From: an uncultured bacterium | Lineage (GTDB): Bacteria > Fidelibacterota > Fidelibacteria > Fidelibacterales > Fidelibacteraceae | Reading direction: 5' to 3' | Assembly (NCBI GenBank): GCA_964395205.1 | Contig: CAYNBL010000001.1 | Location: 10,113 to 74,112, forward strand | Length of the DNA: 64,000 nt | Shown: positions 1 to 9,479 of the stretch, in pieces | Position numbering within the stretch: position 1 is the stretch's first letter | Layout of the letters: every line of letters begins with the position of its first letter | The notes under the pieces: model-generated | The model's database searches: none | Seen by the model: the letters and a program-made list of their open reading frames with translations, nothing else | Told to the model about the DNA's origin: nothing | Made by a program: the position numbers and the translations under genes

Positions 1-540
1 CAGCACAACTGTTGCGATCATTATGGTCTTTATTTCAGGTGAATGGCCGGCAAACATACTGAATGTTGCGGTCGTCATAAGAACAGCAAAAGGAAGCCAA
101 ACACCCTGATTCTTTTTGAAGATTATATATACCAGTATTGGCACCACTATGAAGGCGATAAGAAGTTCCCAGCGAACAAAGAAAAGAAATATTCCCATAA
201 TAACAGCTGCTCCTTTTCCACCTTGAAAATTAAAATAAAGGGGATATATGTGCCCATATAGAGCGCCAATGCCGATCAACCCTAAGGCAAAATCGGGTAG
301 AGTGAAATAGTAGTCAGCAATGATCATTGGGATAAGGGATTTGAAAGCATCCAGAAGTCCGGTTAGGGCGCCTAGTATTTTACTTACATGTAGGTAAATA
401 TTTTGCGCCCCTGGGTTTGTATTCCCCATTTTTCGAATATCGCTACCTTGTTTAATCTTTATTAAAATCTCAGCAAATAAAATGGAGCCGATTAGGTACC
501 CAAACACCAAGCAGGCCAAGTATATAAGATATACGCGCAC
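1..540 (-). CDS. plsY: Glycerol-3-phosphate acyltransferase PlsY (C-terminus cut by window edge)
   Basis: Absent from the ORF track because it has no stop in the window. Manual minus-strand translation from GTG at 540 gives VRVYLIYLACLVFGYLIGSILFAEIL..SDIRKMGNTNPGAQNIY..GHIYPLYFNFQGGKGAAV. It is multi-TM and carries the PlsY-type G-x-x-N-P-G-A-x-N and GGKG motifs. Confidence 0.75.
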   Translation of the reverse strand, partial: MRVYLIYLACLVFGYLIGSILFAEILIKIKQGSDIRKMGNTNPGAQNIYLHVSKILGALTGLLDAFKSLIPMIIADYYFTLPDFALGLIGIGALYGHIYPLYFNFQGGKGAAVIMGIFLFFVRWELLIAFIVVPILVYIIFKKNQGVWLPFAVLMTTATFSMFAGHSPEIKTIMIATVVL

Positions 541-604
541 AAGCAGCTCCTCGTGTGCCTACGTTTTGGATTATGTCTTTCCAAAACATATTAAAAGACA
601 AATG

Positions 605-772
605 CTATTCTTTTTTCTTACCCATGGATAAACCAATAGCTAAATTTCCCAATCCAACGGCAAGTAGCGCAAGGCCCAGTACGGTATTTACGGCAACCAT
701 AAACACCACTCCGACACCCATAAAAGAGATTCCCATGCCAATGAAGACTCTGTAGTTAATTATTTTTTCCAT
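605..772 (-). CDS. Small (55 aa) hydrophobic membrane protein, function unknown
   Basis: Below the ORF-track length cutoff. Manual translation from ATG 772 to TAG 605 gives MEKIINYRVFIGMGISFMGVGVVFMVAVNTVLGLALLAVGLGNLAIGLSMGKKKE, with two predicted TM helices. It is packed between plsY and the next small membrane ORF. Confidence 0.35.
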   Translation of the reverse strand: MEKIINYRVFIGMGISFMGVGVVFMVAVNTVLGLALLAVGLGNLAIGLSMGKKKE

Positions 773-784
773 ATTTTTTTTATT

Positions 785-1060
785 TTACATAATAATAACA
801 TTAATAACAAACAACAGTATCGCCGCCAACAACGCAATATTGATGGAAATAATCCACATATAAAAAAGTGGTCCAATTCTACGCGTTTGACTCTTGGTGA
901 TCTTTTTATATTTGCTCACAAATTTAAAAATGTAAAAATTAACAAACAAAAAACTGGGTGTTTTATCATTTCTGCGATGATGAAATTCATAAATAAATAT
1001 TGTGCTGATAACATACATTGAGACACCTGTTGCGCCAATTAATATCAGTAATAAGTTCAT
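785..1060 (-). CDS. Small membrane protein (91 aa), function unknown
   Basis: ORF track entry with hydrophobic N- and C-terminal helices and a basic loop. No motif recognised. Confidence 0.4.
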   Translation of the reverse strand: MNLLLILIGATGVSMYVISTIFIYEFHHRRNDKTPSFLFVNFYIFKFVSKYKKITKSQTRRIGPLFYMWIISINIALLAAILLFVINVIIM

Positions 1061-1098
1061 CGCATTTTCTCTTTATCTTATAATATCTTTTGTGTTTT

Positions 1099-1605
1099 TT
1101 ATTTACCCGGGGGCAAGGCTGGGTCCTTGTTGACCCTATATGTCTGTAGTTGAGTATAAAAATTTTCTGCTGTAATATAGCTCCCATTTTCATATACTAC
1201 ATTCAAGCTGTCTCCACCCTGAATAATGCATTCTCTTTGGTCTAGAATGATCTGCACCGGAATTACCGCAATATATCCAAGCATGGCGAACATTAGTTGG
1301 TGGCTAAATCCATCATATTTATATGTTTTGCCATACAGCACATAATTACTAGTATCTTCCCTTGAATATATTCGAACACAATAATAATCTTGATTTAGTG
1401 TTTTAATAATTCGACTGTCGGTAAGCACGCCTTCGTTAAATAGACCGCCAAGATAATCATTGTGAAAATCAGCATATACAAATATCCGCGTTTCTATTTT
1501 GTTGATATTTTCCGCAAGATCGCCCATGCTGTGCCAATTGATCTCTTCTGCCGGAAGAGGTACTATCGCCATTATAAAGACGAAGATCGCTAATAATATT
1601 TTCAT
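1099..1605 (-). CDS. Secreted protein, possibly a thioredoxin-like fold lacking the CxxC
   Basis: Signal peptide MKILLAIFVFIMAIVPLPA. The layout resembles thioredoxin-like_7 proteins (..IFVYADFHNDYLGG..VLTDSRIIKTLNQDYYCVRI..), but NDYL sits where CxxC would be. It lies next to DsbD-like and CxxC genes. Confidence 0.35.
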   Translation of the reverse strand: MKILLAIFVFIMAIVPLPAEEINWHSMGDLAENINKIETRIFVYADFHNDYLGGLFNEGVLTDSRIIKTLNQDYYCVRIYSREDTSNYVLYGKTYKYDGFSHQLMFAMLGYIAVIPVQIILDQRECIIQGGDSLNVVYENGSYITAENFYTQLQTYRVNKDPALPPGK

Positions 1606-1848
1606 TCTGGCTCCAATGTTTTATGTTGCTTGTGGAATAAATATACCCTCAAATTATCACAGGCAAGATGCTTGTGCTATAATATTATACTATTTATTTA
1701 TCTTAATTTAAATGTAAATGAGGTGATGGTGAATGTCAAGAAAATACCCTAATGCCCGGGCGAAAGCAAAAGGTACAAAATTCATAGGGCAAAGCACTTT
1801 GTTTTTTCTCGGCATGTGTGTAATTGGGAGTGAAAAATCGTAGAATAT

Positions 1849-2559
1849 TTATAAAAGTATTATAAAAAAAAATATTGCAATAAAATATATTCCCGCTCCT
1901 ATAAATATAATCGCAACAATCTTGCGAAACCATTTTTCAAATAATTTAATTTTATTGTAGACAGTTCCTATGCCGCCAACGGTAAAAGCAATGATCCATG
2001 CAAATATGATCACAGGGAGGCCGGTACCAAGAGCAAAAAGAATTGGCAAATATAGTCCGCTCGGGCTTGAAATTGTCATAGGGATCAGCATGCCAAAATA
2101 CAACACACCGCTATAAGGACAAAAAGCCAGCGCAAAGACCATGCCCAAAAGAAGAACACCCCAAAATCCAGACTGACTTCTTTCTTCCATTTTTTTACTC
2201 AATTTTCCCAATATGGGAAATTTAATCTTTATTATATCAAGCATTAATATGCCAATGATCAATAAAAGCGGTCCCAGCAGTTTTTCTCCCCATTGCTGAA
2301 CGAAACGCGATATTTGAAATTGACTAGCCGTAAAATAAAATATCAACCCCAAAACAGTATAACTTATGGCTCTGCCAAATGTATAGATCAGCCCATTAAA
2401 GAACACTCTTGGTTTATTATGAATGTCTTTACTGATAAAAGCAATTGCTGTAATATTTGTAGCAAGCGGGCATGGACTTATTGCTGTCATTAGCCCGAGA
2501 ATGAATGCTGATAATAGTGGAATATTTGAACTGTTAAACCAACTCTGAAGAAATTCCAT
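1849..2559 (-). CDS. DsbD_2/CcdA-family thiol-disulfide electron-transfer membrane protein (ArsG-like family naming in some databases)
   Basis: 236 aa with about 6 TM helices. A conserved Cys-Pro lies in TM1 (AISPCPLATN) and a second in a later TM (AFCPYSG), as is typical of CcdA/DsbD transmembrane domains. Confidence 0.7.
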   Translation of the reverse strand: MEFLQSWFNSSNIPLLSAFILGLMTAISPCPLATNITAIAFISKDIHNKPRVFFNGLIYTFGRAISYTVLGLIFYFTASQFQISRFVQQWGEKLLGPLLLIIGILMLDIIKIKFPILGKLSKKMEERSQSGFWGVLLLGMVFALAFCPYSGVLYFGMLIPMTISSPSGLYLPILFALGTGLPVIIFAWIIAFTVGGIGTVYNKIKLFEKWFRKIVAIIFIGAGIYFIAIFFFIILL

Positions 2560-2563
2560 ATTT

Positions 2564-2992
2564 CTAGAGGTTCTTATTAATTAATTCAATTAATCTATTT
2601 TCTAATTTCTCTGGGGAAGAAATTGCGTTTTGAAAAGCAAAAGCGGTTATATTTTCAATTTCAGTGCCATTATATACGTAAAGACCCGAGCCCGTTACCA
2701 TGAATTTTTTAGTCAATTCTTCAATACCCGGCGCATTTTCATCAATGTTAATCTCAATAAACTTCACTTTGGAATTCTCACCATACTTTGTGTCTACAAA
2801 TTTGGACGACACCTCTCCAACAGCCGTGCAGGTAACACATCTGCGGGCACCATGAAAATAATAGACCTTTACTGTGCCTGTTTTGGATTGTTGCGTCTCA
2901 TTTTTTGATGTCTTTATCTTCTGTGAATTATCGCATCCAATAAAACTAAACGCAATAATAAGTACAAATAACGTCCACGTGGGGGTTTTCAT
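2564..2992 (-). CDS. Thioredoxin-fold CxxC lipoprotein (partner of the DsbD-like protein)
   Basis: Lipobox FSFIGC follows MKTPTW. The CxxC sits in VKVYYFHGARRCVTCTAVG. Choosing ATG 2992 avoids overlap with the alaS stop; the longest ORF reaches 3019. There is a 4-nt gap to the DsbD-like gene. Confidence 0.6.
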   Translation of the reverse strand: MKTPTWTLFVLIIAFSFIGCDNSQKIKTSKNETQQSKTGTVKVYYFHGARRCVTCTAVGEVSSKFVDTKYGENSKVKFIEINIDENAPGIEELTKKFMVTGSGLYVYNGTEIENITAFAFQNAISSPEKLENRLIELINKNL

Positions 2993-3011
2993 CGTTTTGA
3001 ACTTTCTTTTA

Positions 3012-5630
3012 TTATACAATTAGTGATTCAATATTTTCAAGTACATGGTCTAGTCCATCAACATCTTTTCCACCCGCTGTCGCCATGTGGGGTTTTCCGC
3101 CACCACCACCACCCATGGCCTTGCCCAGTGATTTAACAATATTCCCGGCTTTAATACCTTCTTTCACAAGATCATCTGTTACAACACACAAGACCTGTGG
3201 CGTGTTATTGATTACGGACCCAAAAATAGCAATTCCGCTTTTCATTTTTTCGCGTACTTTATCGCCCAGGGCTTTTAATTGATCCATATTCTCGACGTTT
3301 ACACGATTAACAAATAGTGATTTATCTTCAAATTTTCGTTCATTCTGAAAATAAGGCTCTATATCAAGTGTTAGTAATTTGCTTTTTAGTTCGCTGTTCT
3401 CTTTTTCAAGGTTGCGAACATAAGCATTCATGCTGATCACTCTTTCAAGGATTTCATCTTCCGGATGTTTTATAGCGTCACGCAGACCGAATAGAACGGT
3501 TTGTTGCGTTTTAAAGACATCTAAAGCTGTGGTTCCGGTAATCGCCTCTATGCGTCGAACACCTGAAGCAACTGAACTTTCGCTGATTATGATGAATAAG
3601 CCAATATCGCCGCTTCGTTCCACGTGGGTTCCACCACAAAGCTCCTGAGATGCACCTTTTATTGTTACAACACGAACTTCATCGCCATATTTTTCTCCGA
3701 ACAAAGCCTGTGCGCCATTACGAATAGCTTCGGCATAGGGTTTGACCACTGTGTGAACCGTCATGTTTTGCATGATACGCGTATTGATTCGTTGCTGTAT
3801 ATCTATTTGCTGTATGACTGATACTTTTTCAAAGTGGGTAAAATCAAAACGCAAGCGGTCGGGGCCAACATAAGAACCCGCTTGATGGACATGGTCACCC
3901 AGTATAGACCGCAATTCTGCATGCAGTAAATGGGTGGCGGTGTGATTTCGAGCCGTATCGCGCCGAATACTTTGTTGTACTTCCAGAGTTGCCGTAATGG
4001 GTTTTGTGTTTCCCTCTAAGACAGAACCTTCAACAATATGCACAATATCTTCACCGATCTTTTTTGTATCTAATACGTTTATTCTTGCGTCTGTTTTTAT
4101 GCTGTGTTTATATAAAATTAGATATCCCTTATCACCAACCTGTCCTCCTGATTCGGCATAAAAAGGTGTTTTGTCAAAAACAAAATAAGTGTGTGAATCA
4201 TCCACTGCATATTTTAACAATAATGATTCTGTCGTATAGGTGTCATAACCGGCAAAACTTGAAACCTTATCTTTTTCCAGAACAATCCATGTAAGATCTA
4301 CTGAATCCTTCAGGGAAAATTTACCAGCCGCTCGGGCACGTTCGCGCTGGGCTTCCATAAGTGCGCTTACCTCTTCTTCATTAACTAACAGATCTTTTTC
4401 TTCAGCAAGAAGTTGTGTTAGATCTACAGGAAAACCAAAGGTGTCGTAAAGTTTGAAAACATCTTCACTGTTCAATATTTTCTCCGCACCTTTTTTGGCC
4501 TGTTTTGCGATTTGATCAAAAAGATCCAACCCTTTGTCCAGTGTGTTTCCAAAGGATTCTTCTTCGGCGCGGATAATACGCTGGATATGTTCTCGCTGAT
4601 TTTTTATTTCCGGGTAAACATCTCCCAGAACATGTGCAACGGCAGGGACCAAGCGATATAAAAATGGTTCTTTTAAGTTCAGTTCGCGACCAAACCTGGC
4701 GGCACGTCTCAAAATCCTTCTTAAAACATATGAGCGTCCTTCGTTTCCGGGGATAGCCCCGTCTGCAATAGCTACTGATAGCATGCGGATATGGTCTGCG
4801 ATCACACGGTGAGGTATACCTTCGTCACTCTTGGCATAAGCAAAATTTGAAATGATCTCTATTTGCTCAATGATCGGCTTAAATAAGTCAGTATCGTAAT
4901 TGCTGGTTTTTCCATTCATGACTGCAACAATTCTTTCAAAGCCCGCTCCGGTATCAATGTACTTTTGATCCAAGGCGTTCAACTCGCCGTTTTCATCGCG
5001 ATTATATTGTATAAAAACCAAATTCCATAATTCCATATACTCGGGATCATCGGCATTGATCTTTAATGGGTCTTGATTCTCAACATCTTCACCACTATAA
5101 TAGTGTATCTCGGAACAAGGACCACAAGGGCCTGTTTCGCCCATGGACCAAAAATTGTCTTTTTCTCCAGATTTCAAAAGATGTGTCGGATCCAGATTGG
5201 GAATATTCTTCCATATTTCATATGCTTCTTCGTCTTCAGTATAAACTGTTGCATATAATCTTTTGGGGTCTAATTCCCAAACCTCTGTAAAAAGCGTCCA
5301 AGCCCAGTTTATCGCTTCTTTTTTATAATAATCTCCGAAACTCCAGCTTCCAAGCATCTCAAAAAATGTATGATGATAGTGATCGCGACCGACAGCTTCA
5401 AGGTCGTTGTGTTTTCCACTTACACGGATACATTTTTGCGAATTTACAACTCGCATAAATGGCGCTTGCGCTTCCCCAAGGAAATAGGGCTTAAATTGGT
5501 TCATTCCGGCATTAGTAAATAATAGGGTCGGATCGTTTTGTGGAATAACCGGCGCCGAGGGAACTACTGTATGCCCCAGTGTCTTTTCGAAATATTCAAT
5601 AAATTGTTTTCTTATCGTTTTGGAGTCCAT
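3012..5630 (-). CDS. alaS: Alanine--tRNA ligase
   Basis: About 872-879 aa. Class II core motifs are present, with HHTFFEMLGSWSFGDY, an editing domain (HTATHLLH, CGGTHV) and a C-terminal GGGGGKPHMATAGG DHHA1 motif. The start is most likely MDSKTIRKQF (5630); the longest ORF reaches 5651. Confidence 0.97.
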   Translation of the reverse strand: MDSKTIRKQFIEYFEKTLGHTVVPSAPVIPQNDPTLLFTNAGMNQFKPYFLGEAQAPFMRVVNSQKCIRVSGKHNDLEAVGRDHYHHTFFEMLGSWSFGDYYKKEAINWAWTLFTEVWELDPKRLYATVYTEDEEAYEIWKNIPNLDPTHLLKSGEKDNFWSMGETGPCGPCSEIHYYSGEDVENQDPLKINADDPEYMELWNLVFIQYNRDENGELNALDQKYIDTGAGFERIVAVMNGKTSNYDTDLFKPIIEQIEIISNFAYAKSDEGIPHRVIADHIRMLSVAIADGAIPGNEGRSYVLRRILRRAARFGRELNLKEPFLYRLVPAVAHVLGDVYPEIKNQREHIQRIIRAEEESFGNTLDKGLDLFDQIAKQAKKGAEKILNSEDVFKLYDTFGFPVDLTQLLAEEKDLLVNEEEVSALMEAQRERARAAGKFSLKDSVDLTWIVLEKDKVSSFAGYDTYTTESLLLKYAVDDSHTYFVFDKTPFYAESGGQVGDKGYLILYKHSIKTDARINVLDTKKIGEDIVHIVEGSVLEGNTKPITATLEVQQSIRRDTARNHTATHLLHAELRSILGDHVHQAGSYVGPDRLRFDFTHFEKVSVIQQIDIQQRINTRIMQNMTVHTVVKPYAEAIRNGAQALFGEKYGDEVRVVTIKGASQELCGGTHVERSGDIGLFIIISESSVASGVRRIEAITGTTALDVFKTQQTVLFGLRDAIKHPEDEILERVISMNAYVRNLEKENSELKSKLLTLDIEPYFQNERKFEDKSLFVNRVNVENMDQLKALGDKVREKMKSGIAIFGSVINNTPQVLCVVTDDLVKEGIKAGNIVKSLGKAMGGGGGGKPHMATAGGKDVDGLDHVLENIESLIV

Positions 5631-5736
5631 TTTCATCCTTTTTACGTTCAAGCATCTAAATCAAATAAATGTAGGGAAAAAAAGGCAAAAGGCAAAATTA
5701 TAAAGGCAAAAGAGATGAGATGTATCAGGTTGCGAA

Positions 5737-8088
5737 TTATTCAACAGCAAACTTCTTGGTTGCCTTTAATCCATCAATATTTGTTATAAATATAAGGTAT
5801 ACACCCCGGGGTATATATTCGCCATTGAGCAAAATGCCATCCCAAACGATCTGTTTTTCAAAATTTTCTACTGCATCTGCTGTAAATTGATAAACAACCC
5901 GGCCGTCAAGTGTTGTAATGCGAACCTGGCTTTGTTCGGCAAGTCCGTCAATAGCAAGATACGGGGCAATTCCCGGATGAAAAGGCTGCGGAAAAATGAT
6001 TACATTGTCCAGGGATGTTCGCTCTTCTGTCCAGGCGATCTCATAGCGGCTTAATCCCGATGCGGTCAGCAAATAGGCATTACCATTTTGGTTGTCAAAA
6101 ACAATGTCATAGACTACGTCATCCAAAAGTTGAGAGTTTGCTGTAGTCAGGCCATTGCCGTCATCAAACCAGTGATTATTTGTCATATAGATCTGAACAC
6201 CCTGGCTTTGAGTTAATATCCATTTATTACCCTTAGCGTCAATTCTGATTTTTACGGGAACCATGCCGCTTAAACCGTCAATAGCTGGATTCATGCTGAA
6301 ATCGGTGTCGTTTGTAAAAGAGGTGGGGGTGCGTATCATTTGTACCCCTGAAGCAGTGGCCACCCACATATTTCCCGTGATGGGATCAAGATCAATTGAA
6401 TAGACATCGTTGGATATCAATCCGTCCGAAGTGGTGATCAGCGCCCACAGACCTGAATTTTGATCATAAACTGTTATCCCACCAACTGTTCTGGGTATAT
6501 CGGATTGTCTTGCTTCATTGGCGATCCAGAGTCGACCGTATTTATCAAAGACCATTTCTCTTGCAAGTGTCTGTAGTGTGTTCCCGGATTCGCTTTCGGA
6601 ATATTTTTGGATGTCTCCATTCGGTCGGATCTTAAGCAAGGTTTGGGCGCTAATAGTGTGTACATTTAATGCCCAAACATTATTGTAAATATCTTCTGCA
6701 AGGCCCCGCATTTTTAAATAATATGAGCTTCCACCCAGCTCTTGCGTTCCTTCAATAATACCGTCACTTGTATCGTATACGGTATACTGGGAAAGATCGT
6801 TCAAATCAATACGCTGTAATGCGCCCGGACCCTCTGCATTCTGAGATTTACCATTATAATAATTATAGATGCTTACATCTGAAATAGTACAAAACAATTC
6901 TTCTGATGAGGTTATCAATGCATCATAGACAATGGCTCCTCCGGTACGATAAGCAATATTTAATGTGTCGGCCGAATATTTGTCGACAAATTTTTCATCG
7001 TGAATAGCTTCTATATAAGGTGAAAATACAAGATTGTGCCAACTTTTCCCTTCTAAAATAGAAATTCCGCTTAATCCACAGACTGCCACTTTTTGATCAG
7101 CTGTAATGGTAAGTGAATTTGACTTCATATACAGTGAAGTGTTAGGAATAAACTGTTTTGTTCCTGCGTCGTTTACCAAAACACGTGATATACCCCTGTT
7201 TTCCTCAGCTACCCATAAGGTGTCGCCCTGAAAAGAAAAACCGCTCAAATCATTATTGGAATTATATATGCTTTCGCCTGTTAAGGCATTATATATGGTG
7301 TGCTGTGTTGCATAATAATAATTGTTGCCCTCTTGGTAAAACGCAAGACTTGTTTGGTCACCTTCAAATATTTTCTTTTCTACACCATTGAAATAGCTGT
7401 AAAGATCATTGTCTTCATTGACGACGAAAAGACTGTCGCCGAAAACACCAAGACCTTTTGGTGCTGAACTGCTGTCAAGATTGACGGTTGTCCATGCGCT
7501 TTCAGGTTTCAGATTAGCGTTATAGAGCCATGCTTTATTTAAACCCTTGTCTGTTGCAACAAAGATACTGTCCCCAACAATTAGCATATCATAAATAACT
7601 TCGGGGTTATCTGGAAATTGATTATAGGTGTCCTGAAAGACATATCGGTTATTATTCTTAACGAAATGGGCGATCTCCGGAGCAAAATCATTCATGTACA
7701 CGGCTAGCACATGGCCCTCATTCCCGGTAATTGATGATGTGTTGGAAAAACCATAATCAAAATAATCACTATTACCGTTCTCCGAACGATAACTAATTCC
7801 ATCTATTCCCGAGGCATAAGAATACCATTCACTTCCATCTTTATTAACAAAATAGCGAAGTATGTCAATGTGCTTTAACTGATCTGTATTGTTTTCTTCA
7901 CTAAATATTTCTTGTTCTGTGTCAAAAATAACGAGCCCCCCGTGGGAAGCGGCGCGAAGTGTGTTGCCAGAAATATGCAAATCTTTGAGGGTTAATTGAG
8001 ATCCATATGACACCCAGTCACCCACTACCGCATAAAGCATTCCTACACAGAGAAAGCCAAGTAAAATAAATGAGCGCAAAACTCTCAT
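5737..8088 (-). CDS. Secreted beta-propeller repeat protein with T9SS C-terminal sorting domain (PorZ-like size and architecture)
   Basis: 783 aa with a signal peptide. It has repeated Reg_prop-like segments (..W.AT..GL..) and a C-terminal beta-sandwich, ..IIFPQPFHPG...GVYLIFITNIDGLKATKKFAVE, typical of a T9SS CTD. Confidence 0.55.
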   Translation of the reverse strand: MRVLRSFILLGFLCVGMLYAVVGDWVSYGSQLTLKDLHISGNTLRAASHGGLVIFDTEQEIFSEENNTDQLKHIDILRYFVNKDGSEWYSYASGIDGISYRSENGNSDYFDYGFSNTSSITGNEGHVLAVYMNDFAPEIAHFVKNNNRYVFQDTYNQFPDNPEVIYDMLIVGDSIFVATDKGLNKAWLYNANLKPESAWTTVNLDSSSAPKGLGVFGDSLFVVNEDNDLYSYFNGVEKKIFEGDQTSLAFYQEGNNYYYATQHTIYNALTGESIYNSNNDLSGFSFQGDTLWVAEENRGISRVLVNDAGTKQFIPNTSLYMKSNSLTITADQKVAVCGLSGISILEGKSWHNLVFSPYIEAIHDEKFVDKYSADTLNIAYRTGGAIVYDALITSSEELFCTISDVSIYNYYNGKSQNAEGPGALQRIDLNDLSQYTVYDTSDGIIEGTQELGGSSYYLKMRGLAEDIYNNVWALNVHTISAQTLLKIRPNGDIQKYSESESGNTLQTLAREMVFDKYGRLWIANEARQSDIPRTVGGITVYDQNSGLWALITTSDGLISNDVYSIDLDPITGNMWVATASGVQMIRTPTSFTNDTDFSMNPAIDGLSGMVPVKIRIDAKGNKWILTQSQGVQIYMTNNHWFDDGNGLTTANSQLLDDVVYDIVFDNQNGNAYLLTASGLSRYEIAWTEERTSLDNVIIFPQPFHPGIAPYLAIDGLAEQSQVRITTLDGRVVYQFTADAVENFEKQIVWDGILLNGEYIPRGVYLIFITNIDGLKATKKFAVE

Positions 8089-8924
8089 TTGCTAGATACC
8101 TTTATAACGATTCCATCTTCTGCCGGATATTTTGATTTCAGTTTAGATAATGCACTTTTCGCTTCATTATAAGATTCATAAGCGCCAACACGGACAATAT
8201 ATAAATATCCGGATGTTATCTCTCTTTTGTTGATCTTCGTGGGATAGCCGCGTTCTTTAAAGTAATTTTGTTTTTTATTTGCATTGTCTTGAACAGAAAA
8301 TGCACCTACCTGAATTCTAAAATTAACTGTTCCCTCTGGAATGGATATGATCTCTTCCTTTTTTGTCTCGGTTACCGGTGTGGGTACCATAACAGAAGGT
8401 TTGGAAGCTGTGTCAAGTTTTACTTTTTCAATAACCGGCTCTGTTTTGATCGCTGTTGGATTGTATTCAGAAAGAATACTGGCTTTGTTTTCGTTGATCT
8501 TTCCCGATGACTCGGCAAAGTTTTTTTGAGCCCGCCCTAAGACCATACGATAATAGCTATCATTTCTGATCGGATCATATTCTTCTACGGCACGTTTAAG
8601 ATAACGTAATCCACTGCCGTAGTTATTGCTTACAAAAGCATAATCTGCCAACATCACGGAAAGATAAGCTTTCATCGCGGGAGATTTTGTGTTTGTTAAG
8701 TACTGTTCAGCTTTTTCTGCGGTTACTTCCCCATCAGGCTCAAGGATTAAGTTAAAAACTTTTGCGGCTTCTGCCTGTGCGCTCTGCGTGGAAAATGTTG
8801 CAACCGAATCCCTGCCATATCCGGCCAATATATTGAGAATGTTTTCGGCAAAAAGCATGTTGGCAGTTCCAATTAGAAAAAGTATGGCTACAAGAATGTA
8901 TGGTTTAATAAATCTTTTCATCAT
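8085..8924 (-). CDS. SPOR-domain protein with TPR-like N-terminal region
   Basis: Signal/anchor helix present. The C-terminal sequence FRIQVGAFSVQDNANKKQNYFKERGYPTKI..YIVRVGAYESYNEAKSALSKLK matches the SPOR peptidoglycan-binding repeat. A 4-nt overlap with the downstream gene suggests co-translation. Confidence 0.75.
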   Translation of the reverse strand: MMKRFIKPYILVAILFLIGTANMLFAENILNILAGYGRDSVATFSTQSAQAEAAKVFNLILEPDGEVTAEKAEQYLTNTKSPAMKAYLSVMLADYAFVSNNYGSGLRYLKRAVEEYDPIRNDSYYRMVLGRAQKNFAESSGKINENKASILSEYNPTAIKTEPVIEKVKLDTASKPSVMVPTPVTETKKEEIISIPEGTVNFRIQVGAFSVQDNANKKQNYFKERGYPTKINKREITSGYLYIVRVGAYESYNEAKSALSKLKSKYPAEDGIVIKVSSK

Positions 8925-8937
8925 AGACCAAACACCT

Positions 8938-9435
8938 TTATCCTTTATTTGTTTCGCTATTTTTTATTTCTGTCTCCAATATCCCTGTTGTGGAATACCC
9001 GGGGACTCTTGGGAAAACCATTACTTTGCCGCCGCGCGCGGTTACTTCGGATGCACCCACAATGGTTTCAAGGCTATAGTCTCCACCCTTTATCAGAACA
9101 TCTGGTTCAAAAAATTCAATGATCTTCCGTGGTGTAACTTCATTATAGATCACTACCGCATCAACATATCCTATCGTGAGAATATTTTTGGCACGCACCA
9201 TTTCAGAATTAACCGGTCGGTCCGGTCCTTTCAGTTTTCTGATGCTTGAATCACTATTTAACCCCAAAATACACATGCCGCCTTGTTCGCGGACAAAAGC
9301 AAGAAGCGCTTCATGACCGGGGTGCAAAACATCAAAACAGCCGTTGGTAAAGACCAGCTTGTCTCCTGTTAGTTTCCTCTTTCTAGCGCAGTCTTTAAGC
9401 GCAGTCCACTCATTGGTGGTATATAAATCTTTCAT
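8938..9435 (-). CDS. rfaE2: D-glycero-beta-D-manno-heptose-1-phosphate adenylyltransferase (RfaE domain II type cytidylyltransferase)
   Basis: 165 aa with the nucleotidyltransferase signature FTNGCFDVLHPGHEALL, followed by ..NSDSSIRKLKGPDRP.. and ..IKGGDY. Confidence 0.8.
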   Translation of the reverse strand: MKDLYTTNEWTALKDCARKRKLTGDKLVFTNGCFDVLHPGHEALLAFVREQGGMCILGLNSDSSIRKLKGPDRPVNSEMVRAKNILTIGYVDAVVIYNEVTPRKIIEFFEPDVLIKGGDYSLETIVGASEVTARGGKVMVFPRVPGYSTTGILETEIKNSETNKG

Positions 9436-9479
9436 ATCATAAAATGTACAACTATTTGATAAATGAAACCATGAAAAAT

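Noticed and set aside
3085-5290. Multiple 60-100-aa ORFs antisense to or out of frame with alaS. Similar shadow ORFs lie inside hcp, pdxS, mnmG, mfd, valS, the GlmL-like gene and others.
   Set aside because: They lie wholly inside long, well-supported genes with strong motif evidence. They have biased, low-complexity or Pro/Arg/Ser-rich composition typical of shadow frames, and no independent support.
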